From positions 12,524,001 to 12,588,000 of the forward strand of contig NC_135808.1 in NCBI RefSeq assembly GCF_964213995.1: a DNA stretch of 64,000 nt, in the 5' to 3' direction. Positions within the stretch are counted from its first letter, which is position 1. Every line of letters begins with the position of its first letter. This stretch comes from Mustelus asterias (Eukaryota). The notes under the pieces were generated by a model. That model did no database searches, was not told the origin of the DNA, and saw nothing but the letters and a program-made list of their open reading frames with translations. The translations under genes were made by a program, and so were the position numbers. This document shows, piece after piece, positions 36,971 through 49,705 of this stretch.

Positions 36971-39096
36971 TGCTGCATCTGTACAGGGCTTTGGTGAGGC
37001 CGCAGCTGGAATACTGTGTGCAGTATTGGTCCCCTTATTTGCGGAAGGATATATTGGCCTTGGAGGGAGTGCAGAGAAGGTTCACCAGGTTGATACCAGA
37101 GATGAGGGGGTGTTGATTATGAGGAGAGACTGAGCAGATTGGGTTTGTACTCGTTGGAATTTAGAAGGCTGAGGGGGGATCTTATAGAGACCTATAAGAT
37201 AATGAAGGGGCTGGATAGGGTAGAGGTGGAGAGATTCTTTCCACTTAGAAAGGAAACTAGAACTAGAGGGCACAGCCTCAAAATAAAGGGGGGTCAGTTT
37301 AGGACAGAGTTGAGGAGGAACTTCTTCTCTCAGAGGGTGGTGAATCTCTGGAATTCTCTGCCCACTGAAGTGGTGGAGGCTACTTCGTTGAATATGTTTA
37401 AATCACGGATAGATGGATTCCTGATCGGTAAGGGAATTAGGGGTTATGTGGATCAGGCGGGTAAGTGGAACTGATCCACTTCAGATCAGCCATGATCTTA
37501 TTGAATGGCGGGGCAGGCTCGAGGGGCTAGATGGCCTACTCCTGCTCCTATTTCTTATGTTATGTTCTGATGTTCTTATGTTCAGACGCGATGGGTCAAA
37601 TGGCCACCTTCTCCACTGTCGAGATTCTAATATTCTACGAGTGAACATTCCATTACATGTTGAAACAATGTTAAATATATACGCCATGTAATCACTTTTT
37701 CATTCACAAAAATTAATTACCAATAATATTGATTTTGTTATTGCTAGATTCAAGGAAGGGAAGACATTTCTGAACTGTGGTCAGAAGAACTTCCTTGATT
37801 AGTGTGTCTAGCCTAACTGAAGAGGAGGCATTGCTGGATCCAGGGATGGGAAATGAGGTGGGTAAATAGACCAATGTGGGAACATCTGGTTAAGAGTGAC
37901 CACGTATCTTAAGGTTTATCTTGGTAAGCGACAAATCAAATATAGAACATCTAATTTGGAGCATAATTTCATTATGATGAGAAGGAATCGAGCCAGGATA
38001 GAATGGAACGACATAAAAGACTGATTAACAAAGTCAAGGCTTATGGACTGGAGGAATAAGAATGGAGCCAGATGAGAGCCACCACACCCAGCTGGGCAAC
38101 AGTGCATTGCGGGTTAGTGGGGCGGCACGGTGGTACAGTGATTAGCACTGCTGCCTCACAGCGCCAGGGACCCGGGTTCGATTCCCGGCTTGGGTCACTG
38201 TCTGTGTGGAGTTTGCAAATTCTCCCTGTGTCTGCGTGGGTTTCCTCCGGGTGCTCCGGTTTCCTCCCACAGTCTGAAAGACATGTTGGTTTGGTGCATT
38301 GACTCAAACAGGCGCCATAGTGTGATGACTAAGGGAATTTAACTGCAATGAAGTTACTGTGAACGTCAGCTTGAGATTAATGAATAAACCTTTTTTTTCT
38401 TTTTAACTACGTCAAAGGCTGCAGACAGGTTGAGAAGAACAAGAGTCATACAGTGCAGAAAAGGACCTTTGGCTCATCGAGTCTGCGAGAGGAAAAAGTT
38501 TACACGTGTCACAGTCACGTAGGATGTCATCTTTTACATTGGTGGGAGCCATTTTGTGCTGCGTTGGGACAGAAACCTGATTGGAGGGATTCAAAGATGG
38601 GAGGTCACGGAAAGATTGCAATGGATTTGGGAGGTGAAAACACATTTAAAGATTTTGGAGGGCAATGGGAGGTTGCAGATAGGATGGTATTGGGCAAGGA
38701 CACTGAAGTCAATGGTTGTTTTTTTACTGGAGAGGGATGATGACATCAGATTTGAAGGAGACCTTTAACAAAACCAGCTGACATTGGAGCCAGGAGGGGA
38801 CATGGTAAGGTTCTGTGGATTAGTGGAAACAGGATTGAGGGAACAGGGGGCGGATTTCAGGGGCAGAATGATCTTACAGGGGGCAAGAGGGGCAATAAGA
38901 AAGTAAGTAGAGGAAGATGCGAGTTTGGGGCTGGATCAGGGGGAAGCAAAGACGTTTGGGCCTGGTGAGCTCGTGGAATTGTTGGATGGTCTTGAACTTA
39001 GTGCCAATGTAGCCCATCTGATCTTTGTACTTATTGCTGAAGGGGAGGATGGAGGAGCAGGGAGGCGAGGTTTCGGTGGAGAAAAGAAGTCGGGAT

Positions 39097-39400
39097 CATA
39101 GAATCTACAGTGCAGAAGGAGGCCATTCGGTCCATCGAGTCTGCACCGACCACAATCCCACCCAGGCCCAATTCCCGTAAACTCTCATATTTACCCTGCT
39201 ATTCCTCCTGATACTGAGGTTAATTTAGCACGGCCAGTCAACCTAACCCGCACATCTCTGGAGTGTGGGAGGAAACCGCAGCACCCGGAGGAAACCCACG
39301 CAGACACGGGGAGAACGTGCAAACTCCGCACAGACAGTGACCCAAGCCGGGAATCGGACACAAGTCCCTTGCGCCGCGGGGCAGCAGTGCTAACCACTGC
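39097..39400 (-). mobile_element. V-SINE (HE1-like)
   Basis: Reverse-orientation head, core and tail. Confidence 0.85.
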
Positions 39401-39927
39401 TTTAGATTCCAGAACCTCATCTTTATATTCCAGAATAATCCTGGAACGTGCGGAAGCAGACAGGAGCAGGGGAGTGTATGAAGTACAAAATAGAAAATGC
39501 TACGGAAACTCAGCAGGTCTGACAGCATCTGTGGAGAGAAAATAGAGCCAACATTTTGAATCTGGGTGACTCTTCATCAGAGCTATATTACCCACAGTAC
39601 TTTGCCTTTATTTGAGTGTACGAAGCAGTCCAGCTAGATCCAGTTCACATCATGAATGGATTTGATTGTTACAGCTCAGGGGGTTGACGGTGGTAATGTC
39701 AATGGACTAGTAATCCAGAAGCCCTGGCTAATGTTCTCGGAATACAGCAGCTGGTGGAATTTAATATTCATTCTTTAACTCAGTAAAAATCAGGGGGTAA
39801 ATAGCACCCTGGTGGTCACTGTGAGTGAAGCAAATAATCTGTCAGTCAGTCACACTTCTTTCCCACAGCACTTTGCATTTGATGCAACAGTTTGGAAACA
39901 CCCTGTCGCTGAATCATCGATACTTAC

Positions 39928-40017
39928 ATAGCACAAGGACTGCAAGCAAGAAAATTGGCAGCACCACAGCAAGAATTCTACTTGTTTGTAGATAGAATGT
40001 TGCCTCGCATCCTTTAT
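39928..40017 (-). CDS. Gene A exon: extracellular loop with Cys plus transmembrane helix 5
   Basis: Acceptor tcttatcaatcgcag| and donor T|gtaagt; 90 nt, phase 1-1. (D)KGCEATFYLQTSRILAVVLPIFLLAVLVL. Confidence 0.82.
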
Positions 40018-40506
40018 CTGCGATTGATAAGATACAAACACAGAAATTGTAGTTCTAATCAGCACCATTAATCAAAAGACTGAATGCAGTCACTGAAAAT
40101 GAATACAATAAATATATATTGTAATGCACAGGCCGGAATTTTCTGGCCATTACCACCAATGGAATGTTCCGGCCCCACTGACAGTGAATCCGCCCCCCAC
40201 CCCCCCACCGACCCCCTCACCTCCCCGACCCCCTCACCTCCCCGACCCCCTCACCTCCCCGACCCCCTCACCTCCCCACCCCCCCAGCCACAGGTTGACA
40301 ACGGTGGGACCGGTAGAATCTGCCCCTGGCCAATGGCGGGCCAACTCCGCTGCCATTAAACACACCACGGGGAGCACAGAAAATCCCATCTTAGTCTTCA
40401 CTGTAAGCACACAAATCATGAGAAAAATTAACTGAGGCCTTTCACTTATAGAAATCTTTAGCTCCCAACCTTTGAACTTGCATGATAATCACCAATATAA
40501 AATAAA

Positions 40507-42013
40507 GGGCCCGATTTTACCAAAATTTTGCGCCTGTTTTCGGGCGCGAAATCGCGGTAAAGTTGGGCGTCGGGCCTAAAACGCGATCTGCACCCAACTC
40601 ATGGCAGATCGCGTCTTTACCGAGCGCCGATCCGGGCGTGGGTCTGGCATGCATTTGCATGCATTTAAATCGACTGAATGAAGCTCGCGCCCAACTTTAC
40701 CGATGAATCCGACTTCACCAGGTTGCAGCCCATTTCGCCCCTGCGCATTAAACGACCTGCTAAATAAAAGTCCGAATGGGACTTCAATTCAGCAGGGAAA
40801 CCGCCGAAGCCAATCCCCCCCGACCATCCTTAGTGGACCCCACCCCCCACGAACCACCCCGCAGCCACCCCCCCCGTCCCCCCCCCACTGATCAGACCCC
40901 CCTGGGAGGCAGGCCCCGCTGGCAGACCCCCCCCCCCGGGATCGGACCCCCTTGGGAGGCACACCCCTGACCTAGCTTGATCGCCGGTCTCCCTCCACCA
41001 TCCTTCCGATCTGTAGTCCGTCGACAGCCTCATGCATGTTCCTGGCCTTGCTCTGCCTTTCCCTGGGGGTGGGGGGTGGGGGGGGATGGAGAAGGGGAGT
41101 GACGTGTCTCCCCTGAGGGAGGGGGAGTGGAGAAGGGGAGTGACGTGTCTGCCCCTGGGGGGGGGGGGGGGGGGGCCTGCCAGTCTGCGGCCGATCCCTC
41201 CGCCCCACCGGAGGAGGGATCGGAGGAGGGATCGGAGGAGGGATCGGAGGAGGGATCCCCCCCCCCCAGGGGCAGACACGTCACTCCCCTTCTCCATTCC
41301 CCCCCCCCCCCCCCCCCAGGGAAAGGCAAAGCAGCACAGACAGCAGAGAGGATGAAAGGAATTCCCTTTGGAGGATAATGTCCAAATCACGGGAACTAAA
41401 AACCTGACAGTCCAAAATCTGGGATAATATTTCAAAGTGTATATCCCCCCATCCCTGTCCTGTAATATTATGATGTGGAGATGCCGGCGTTGGACTGGGA
41501 GTAGTCTCACAACACCAGGTTAAAGTCCAACAGGTTTATTTGGTAGCAAATACCATAAGCTTTCGGAGCACCGCTCCTTCGTCATTTGGAGTGGAAATGT
41601 GCACATTTCCACTCCATCTGACGAAGGAGCAGCGCTCCAAAAGCTTATGGTATTTGCAACCAAATAAACCTGTTGGACTTTGACCTGGTGTTGTGAGACT
41701 TCTTACTGTAATATTATCCCAGATTTTGGACTGTCAGGTTCCTGTGATTTGGACATTATCCTGCAGAGGGAATTCCTTTCATCCTCTCTGCTGTCTGCGC
41801 TGCTTTGCCTTTCGCGCCCGAGCGCGCTGCCTGCGGTCTGTTCCGAACTGCGCATGCGCAGTTGGAGCTCCGGCCGCTCCAATAGCGTTAAGCCCCGCCC
41901 AATAGACCGGTGCCGAAAAAAGACGTATGGGCACGCTGGAGCGCGGCTGCCGGGCGCGGATCCGTTTGACGACCGGACCCGGCACTTAGTCCCGATTTGG
42001 TAAAATCGGCCCC
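40507..42013. mobile_element. Non-autonomous DNA transposon (PIF/Harbinger-like MITE), GC-rich, with nested insertion
   Basis: TIRs gggcccgattttaccaaa / tttggtaaaatcggccc flanked by aaa on both sides; related copy at 63224-64000. Confidence 0.75.
41471..41708. mobile_element. Penelope terminal repeat in inverted, palindromic arrangement
   Basis: Arms match 36830-36970; centre aaatgtgcacattt near 41601; flanked by direct repeat ctgtaatattat. Confidence 0.8.
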
Positions 42014-44083
42014 AAAGTGTCAATTCGAAAGCTGGTGTCGGAGCAGCGGGACTTGGGTGTTTATGTGCACAAGTCATTGAAAGTGTCAGGATAGGTTGGG
42101 AGCACAGTTAATAAAGCATACAGCATCCTAACTTCATTCATAAGGGCACAGAGTACAAGAGCAAGGAAATAATGTTGAACTTGTCCAAGTCAATCATTCA
42201 GCCTCGCTAGAATATTGCAACCACTTTGGGGTGCACACTGTAGGACATTTGTGAAGGCATTGGATAGAGTATAGAAAATATTTAAAGCTTATTTGTTGGT
42301 GTCACAAGTAGACTTACATTAACACTGCAGTGAAGTTACTGTGAAAATCCCCTAGTCGCCACACTCTGCCGTTTGTTCGGGTATACTGAGGGAGAATTTA
42401 GCACGGCCAATGCACCTAACCAGCACATCTTTCAGAATGTGGGAGAAAACCAGAGCACGCGGAGGAAACCCATGCAGACAAGGGACGAATGTGCAAACTG
42501 CACAGTCAGTGACCCAAGCCAGGAATTGAATCCAGGTCCCTGGCGCTGCGATGCAGCAGTGCTAACCATTGTGCCACTGTGCTGCCCAAGTTTGATGGAT
42601 TCATTATCAACTTTGCATCCGTCATCATCATCTTTCGGACTGTGGGAGGAAACTGGAGCACCTGAAGGAAATCCATACAGACATGGGGAGAACTCTGCAC
42701 AGACAGTGATCCAAGCCGAGAATCGAACCCAGGTCCCTGGCACTGTGAGGCAGCACTGTGCCACCCCATTTACTGAGAATGCTTTCAGGGATGAGGAACT
42801 TCAGTTAAAAAGATAAGCTGTGGAAGTTAGGACTGTTTTTCTTTGGAGAAAGGAAGATCAAAAGGAAGTATTCAAAATCATGAGGGACCTGGGCAGATAG
42901 TTGGAGAGGAAACTTTGTGAAAGAATTGCAAACAAGAGTAATTAGTAAAAGAAGCAATGTTGATATGAGGAATAATACCTTAATGCAGTGGCTGTTTGGG
43001 TGGAATGCATTCTCTGAGTGTGTGGTGGAGGCAGGTTCGATAGAAGCATTCAACACAGCATTAAGGAATTCTAATTAGAAAGAAAACAGGGTTGGGGGAA
43101 GAAGGCAGGGAAATAGATCTAGGGGACTTACTCAGAGAGCTGGTGTAGACACAATGGACCAAATAGTCTCCTTCTGCACTGTAACAATTCTGTTATGAAT
43201 TTTTCAAATGATTCACAGAATCATAGAACCCCTACAGTGCAGGAGGCCATTAGGGCTATCAAGCCTGCACCGATAACAATACCACCCAGGCCCTATCCCT
43301 GTAACCCCACATATTTACCCTGCTAATCCCCCTGACACTAAATGGACAATTTACCATGGCCAATCCATCTAACTCGCACATCTTTGGACCCACGCAGACA
43401 CGGGGAGAACATGCAAACTCCACACAGACAGTGACGCAAGCCGGGAATTGAACCCAGGTCCCTGGCGCTGTGAGGCAGTAGTGCTAACCATTGTGCCACC
43501 GTGCCTTCTTTAAGAAAAAAATGTAAAGTTAAAGTAAATTTTATTTATTAGTCGCAAGAAGCTTATATTAACATTGCAATGAAATGATTATGAAAATCCC
43601 CTAGCAGAAGTCTTGAGTGGAGCATTGACGTTGGTCTGGACTGCCTGGGCCGAAAGGCCTGTTTCTGCACCGGGTGTTCGAAATAATTCTCAGTGTTCAC
43701 ATAAAATTGCCAATCACGTAGAAAAGAAAGTTCCAGAGAAATTTCTTTGCAGACGAGATTCTGAAGCAGGGAGCATTTGAGATGGGAACCATTGCATCTA
43801 TTAAAAGGAAGTTTGGATAAGTCTTTGAAGCAGAAGGTGATACGGGGCTAGGAGGAGATAGCCGAGCAGAGTGATTTGATTCAGATTGGTCTAGCAAGCT
43901 GGCAGAGACACAATGGGCCAAATGGCCTCCTTTAGCACTGGAAACTAATAACCAATTGATATTTCCAATGAAAACTTGTGACAAAAATGACAATGTAATC
44001 ATCTCTCCCAATCACACTATTCCGGACAGGATTTTACTTTTAGAATTAATTTGTTTGCTACAATTTTATCATTGAATACTCAC

Positions 44084-44170
44084 CCGCTCGATTATTTAGT
44101 TCCACAATCTGGAACGCTGACCCAATGATCACACTGATTTCACCCAATGCAGTTACCAAAGGCAGTGAAA
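44084..44170 (-). CDS. Gene A exon: transmembrane helix 4
   Basis: Acceptor ttttatttatctccag| and donor G|gtgagt; 87 nt, phase 1-1. (I)SLPLVTALGEISVIIGSAFQIVELNNRA. Confidence 0.78.
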
Positions 44171-44499
44171 CTGGAGATAAATAAAACAAAATCAGTATAC
44201 TCACATAGAAATCCGGATCCGTTGTTTTCCTGCTGTAGCTCTGGGAAATGCAATTGATCGGGAAAAGTACAGGAAACATCCTGTGCTTGGGATTGATTAC
44301 CTTGGATGCAACAAACGCAGGAAAATTAAGCAGGAAAGAATAGCGGCTGAATAGTCTACCCATTTCAATTCAATGGATAGAAAACCGAGTAGTCTTCTTT
44401 ATGGATATCCATGTCTTTCTGTCCTACTCTCCTGTAAACCCAGGTGATCCAATAGTCCCAGAGCAGATCTGAAGGCTCATTGACTTGAAATGTTAACAA

Positions 44500-45325
44500 G
44501 GGCAGGGTTCACCACTTGCACTGTGAGAAGGATGCACAGATGCTTCATTGTGATTTGGACAAGTTGAGTTAGTGGGCAAATGCATGGCAGATGCAGTGTA
44601 ATGTGGATAAATGCGCAGTCATCCACTTTGTTAAAACAGGAAGGCAGATTATTACTTGAATTTCTATAGATTGAGAGAGGGGAATGTGCAATGAGACCTG
44701 GGTGTCTTCGTACACAAGTTAAACATGCAGGAAAAGAAGGCAAATACTATGTTACCCTTCATGGTGAGAGGATTCGAGTTCAGGAGCAGGGATGTCTTGC
44801 TGCAATCATACAGGGCCTTGGTGAGGCCACATCTGGAATATTGTGTGCAGTTCTGGTGTCCTTATCTGAGGGAGGAAGTCCTTGCTATAGACGGAATGCA
44901 AAGAAAGTTTACCAGGCTGATTCCTGGGATGGCAGGACTGAAGTATGAGGAGAGATTGAGTTGGTTAGGATTATATTCGCTGGAGTTTAGAAGAATGAGG
45001 GGGGGATCTCATAGAAACCTTTAAAATTCTAACAGGTCTCGACAGCGCAGATGCAAGAAGGATGTTCCCAATCGCGGGGGTGTCCAGAACCAGTCCAAGG
45101 ATATAGGGTAGACAGTTTAGGACAGAGATGAGGAAAAATGTCTTCACCCAGAGAGTGGTAAGCTTATGGAATTCACTACCACGTAAATCAGTTGAGGCCA
45201 AAACATTGCATGTTTTCAAGAAGGAGTTAGATATAGCACTAGGGGATCAAAGGATACCGGAGATATAGGCTACTGAGTTGGATGATCAGCCATGATCATA
45301 AAGAATGGTGGAGCAGGCTTGAAGA
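44500..45325 (+). mobile_element. CR1 LINE 3' fragment
   Basis: LVRPHLEYCVQFW; RVVSLWNSLP. Confidence 0.88.
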
Positions 45326-45849
45326 AACGAACATAGAAACATATAAACTAGAAGCAGGGGAAGGCCATTCGGCCCTTCGAGCCTGCTCCGTCATTCATCA
45401 TGATCATGGCTGATCATCAAATTCAATATCCTAATTCTCTCATTACCCCCATATTTTTTGATCCCTTTAGCCCCAAGAGATATCTCTAATTTCCTCTTGA
45501 CCGACTCCTGTTCCTTTCTACATTTCTATGTTCGGCAGAGGTTATTTGGAAACACTAAGGTAGAAATTAGTTTGCTTGTCCATTTACTGGATATAAAATG
45601 GCTGCTTTGTATACCAATTTCTGACATTCCCGGTCCTACATCCAATCTACTTCTAGTGGTATGGTCGCTTTAGTATTGCTCTACTCTGCTTTAAGACTTC
45701 CCGTAAAACTGCCTGCAGTCAGCGGTGTCTCAATTTAGATATACAAAAAGGTCCCAGCATCTGGAAAAACAATGAAAGGGAATAAGTGCCGAGAAAACTT
45801 TGACAAGTTTTTTTCCAGAGAAATAGCCACTGAAAACACTCCAGGGACA

Positions 45850-46671
45850 TGTGGTGATATAAACAGGGCCTAGTTTTAAGGCTGATAAAATTGGATATCC
45901 TAAATTAAAGAATTGGGCACATTGAAATCAAACACAGTCAAACAGCAGGCAGGCCAATTGTACAATACACAAATGTGTCTGGGCCTGACCCATCAACCAC
46001 CCATCAAAGGTCGTTACACTCTACTTGAGACTTAGCAGGAGATCATGGCACCTCATTGAAATGCATCGGTCTATTGTTAGAAGCCCAGATCGGGCCAGAC
46101 TTTCTGTCACCAAGAGATCCTGTAGAAACCTTACCTGATAACAAGTTTAACAACATGGAGATGGACACCTGGGGGGCGGACCCTGGTGTCCTGTCAGGCA
46201 GACATCAAGAAACTCACTGGGTATTGGAATCCCCTCCTGGGACCTCATTGGCCAGAAGCCAGAGAAGGTTCTGGAAAGGCAAGCAGGCTGGGGATAAAGG
46301 CACACACTCAGAGGCACACAGGAGCGAAGACTCGACAGGGGACACAGCCGTGTCCATTCGGAAGACTGACCAGAGAAGGAAGGAAGGAAGAAGCGGCCAT
46401 CGAGACTCACCTTCGTGACGACAGACCAGAGGGGACTCAGAGAATCGGGCCTGCAGTTTAACCAAGCCATCTTTACGGGTAGTATACTTGAATCTGCTGG
46501 GGTATCCTCTTGTTTTATGTGGGTAATTTAAGGGTTAATAGTGTTATTTAATAAACTTGTTGAATCTTTACTTGTGTTTGTCCTTTGTCCACCTTGCAAA
46601 TAAGGGCACCGGGGTAAAACCTTGGAGTAAGTAAACTGGTTGAAAGTATCTGAGAATTAACAGGTACAACA
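45850..46671 (+). mobile_element. Solo LTR with 4-bp target-site duplication
   Basis: gaca|TGTGGTG...TACAACA|gaca; internal AATAAA near 46550. Confidence 0.75.
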
Positions 46672-46913
46672 GACAGTGTTCCCCTCTCAGCACAGAGTAC
46701 CACAGCTGGACATTGCCAATCTGCACTCAGCCTTCCTACATTTTCCCCAACCAAATATCTAGCAGAAACTTAGCGAATCCAAGTTTGAAACACTACACTG
46801 AACAGCCTCTCTCGTCACCTTCTCAATCACTTCCCCACCCGCTCCTCACCCTCCCAATTTCCCAGAATCTAAACCTCCCAGACGAATATTGACCGTGAGG
46901 GCTTTATTGTGTT

Positions 46914-47779
46914 TGTTGCGAAGCTGAGTTTGTGAAGTTGATAAAGATGTAAAGAAGGTAAAAACAATGCTAGAGAGAAAAAACATTGCGTGATCCTTTT
47001 AAAAGTTGGTGTTTTGTTTCAGTGCTTGGTGGTCTAAAACGCAAAGTACATCCAAAGTCCAAGCTGAAACATTTGTATCAAAATGTCAAGCAGTAGTCTT
47101 GACAAGGCAACCTGTTGTTGTTTGAATTTTGCCCAATAAATGTAAAGCAGGCACTCAGCTACCAAGAACCTATAAGATTTGAATTTGATGTTGTTGACAA
47201 CAACAGACCAATCCTATTGTAGGAAAATTGATAGGTCATCGCAGGTATAAAAAAGAATGCAAGGGGGGAAAAACAGGAGGTAGCAACTGTCACCTCTCAA
47301 GATTTGAGCGGGAGAGAGCAGCTCTCTAACCTGCAGCTTTATACATCTCTTAAGAGAACACACCATCTAACCAGCGAAAGGTACAAATCAAAAAGAACTC
47401 ATAGACAGAGAAATCAACCAAGAAACTTCAGAAGGTTCTGAAAGATACAAAACCTGGTTGTATATTGTTTGAGAGTGTCTAAATTGTTTTTTTGTTGTTA
47501 ATGAATGGGCATTGTATTTATTTGAACAGCATTCCAGTAGAATCTAATTTTATTCAGTATGCTAATTGGTTAGTTAAAGTTCCCTGTTAGTTAAATAAAT
47601 AAATTGTTAAGTGTTCATCTTAAAGTCAGTGTCAGGTATTTCTGTTAGTTAACCATGAAATGTCACAGAAGAACAGTTCACACCTTCGCACACACTTTTA
47701 GCAGATTACGAGGTGAGATATTCCTCTTTGGGGGGATCTGGTGTTATGTCTTTAGGGGGTCAAACTCCACATCATAACA
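46914..47779 (+). mobile_element. Probable second, older solo LTR
   Basis: TGTTGCGA...TCATAACA termini, TATAAAA near 47246, AATAAA near 47594; TSD not clean. Confidence 0.5.
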
Positions 47780-47814
47780 TACTCTACAAATATATCATTT
47801 ATCTTTGAACTTAC

Positions 47815-47943
47815 TTTTGATCTTCAAGGTATCAAGTAACTTTTTTCTTTTCTTGTCACAAGCCTTCTTACAAATCAATAATAAGGACGATATTAGCGCG
47901 GGACAAAGAGGAAGCAGCAACATCCACCGTGTGTTATGAAGTC
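47815..47943 (-). CDS. Gene A exon: transmembrane helix 3 plus basic cytoplasmic loop
   Basis: Acceptor tttttgttctttcaatag| and donor A|gtaagt; 129 nt, phase 1-1. (G)LHNTRWMLLLPLCPALISSLLLICKKACDKKRKKLLDTLKIK. Confidence 0.82.
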
Positions 47944-48639
47944 CTATTGAAAGAACAAAAAGTCAGATTAAAAGTCATTGCTGCTTAATTCACCACCTCT
48001 GAAAACATAACAAGAATATGCAGCATGCCAATCACTGGCGGGTTTTATGGTGCACTTGAGGGTGATACAACAGATGTAATATATGGATGTTCAAGGGAGT
48101 TATAAGGAGAGGCTGGAACTACCTCGGTAGCATCCAAGAATTACAGCCCCAATACACTTCAAAGACTTGGTTACATGCTTGAGGAACAGAATTGAAACTA
48201 CAGTAACAACTCAGCCTTCAACACCATTGTTCCTACAAAACCCATCTCCAAACCCCGTGGCTTAGGGCTTGGCTCCTCCCTCTGCGACTGGATCTCAAAC
48301 CAGAGTCTAAGTACATGGCTTAGCGAGGAACAGTGATTCCCGCAATCCTGGCTGGAATTCTCCAATGTCGTGTGCCCAGCCGCTGCCGTCAGCGAGAACA
48401 GAGAATTTGATGCTTGGCCAAAGCTCCATTTATTGCAGCAGGACTGGAGAATCCCAGCCATAGGCGAGGCTGGAGAATTACAGCCCCAATACACTTCAAA
48501 GACTTGGTTACATGCTTCAGCCACACTTAGTTTCATGCAGGAGTCTCCAAGAGTGTTATCCCAAGCACAGGTACCTTCAGTTGTTTCATGAATGACACAC
48601 TTTCAACATGAAGTCAGAAAGTGAGGTTCTTTCCTGATG

Positions 48640-49705
48640 TTCAGCCTTCAACACCATTATCCCAACCAAACTCATCCCCAAACTCCATGCCCGAGGGCTC
48701 GGCTCCTCCCTCTGCAACTGGATCCGAGACTTCCCAGCCCACAGACCATAATCTATAAAGATAGGCAACAACACCTCCTCAACATCGGTGCCCCACAAGG
48801 CTGTGTCCTCAGCCCCTTACTATACTCCTTCAACACCTTTGACGGTGTGGCCAAATTGCCCATCAACTCGATTTTCAAGTTTGCTGACAACACCACCGTA
48901 GTGGGTCAGACCTCAAATAATGATGAGACAGAGTACAGGAATGAGATAGAGAATCTGGTGAACTGGTGTGATGCCAATAATCTCTCCCTCAATGTCAGCA
49001 AAACGAAGGAGATAGTCATTGACTTCAGGAAGCACAGTGGAGGACATGCCCCTGTCTACATCAACGGGGATGAAATGGAAATGGTCGAGAGCTACAGGTT
49101 CCTCAGTGTCCAGATCACCAACAACCTGTCCTGGTCCCTCCATGCCAATGCTATAGTTAAGAAAACCCACCAACGCCTCTACTTTTTCAGGAGACTAAGG
49201 AAATTTGGCATGTCAGCTATGACTCTCACCAACTTTTACAAATGCACCATAGAAAGCATTCTTTCTGGTTGTATCACCGCTTGGGATGGCACCTGCTTCA
49301 AGACCGCAAGAAACTATAAAGGGTCGTGAATGAAGCCCAGTCCATCACACAAACCAGCCTCCCATCCAATGACTCCGTCTACATTTCCCACTGCCTCAAA
49401 AGCAGCCAGCATAATCAAGAACCCCCTGGACATATTCTCTTCCACCTTCTTCCGTCGGGAAAAAGATATACAAGTTTGAGCTCACGTACCAACCGACTCA
49501 AGAACAGCTTCTTCCCTGCTGCCATCAGACTTTGAATGGATGGATCTTTCACTACACCCTAACTATGATTGTAACACTATATTCTGCACTCTCTCCTTTC
49601 CTTCTCTATGTAAGGTAAGCTTTGTCTGTATAGCGAGCAAGAAACAATTCTTTTCACTCTAGACTAATATGTGACAATAATAAATCAAGTCAAATCAAAA
49701 TCAAA
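48640..49705 (+). mobile_element. Rex1/Babar-type LINE RT/3' fragment
   Basis: [14 protein letters not shown]...KFADNTTVVG...NLSLNVSKTKEIVIDFRK; (AATCA)n tail. Confidence 0.9.

Larger units (their letters stand above)
35666..37582 (+). mobile_element. CR1 LINE ORF2 (RT) fragment inserted in a V-SINE and itself interrupted by a Penelope fragment
   Basis: KSPGPDG...[36 protein letters not shown]. Confidence 0.93.

Noticed and set aside
40830-41510. GC-rich ORFs up to 226 aa and a CpG-island-like region
   Set aside because: Contained within a TIR-bounded MITE made of homopolymer runs and palindromes; no domain-like content.
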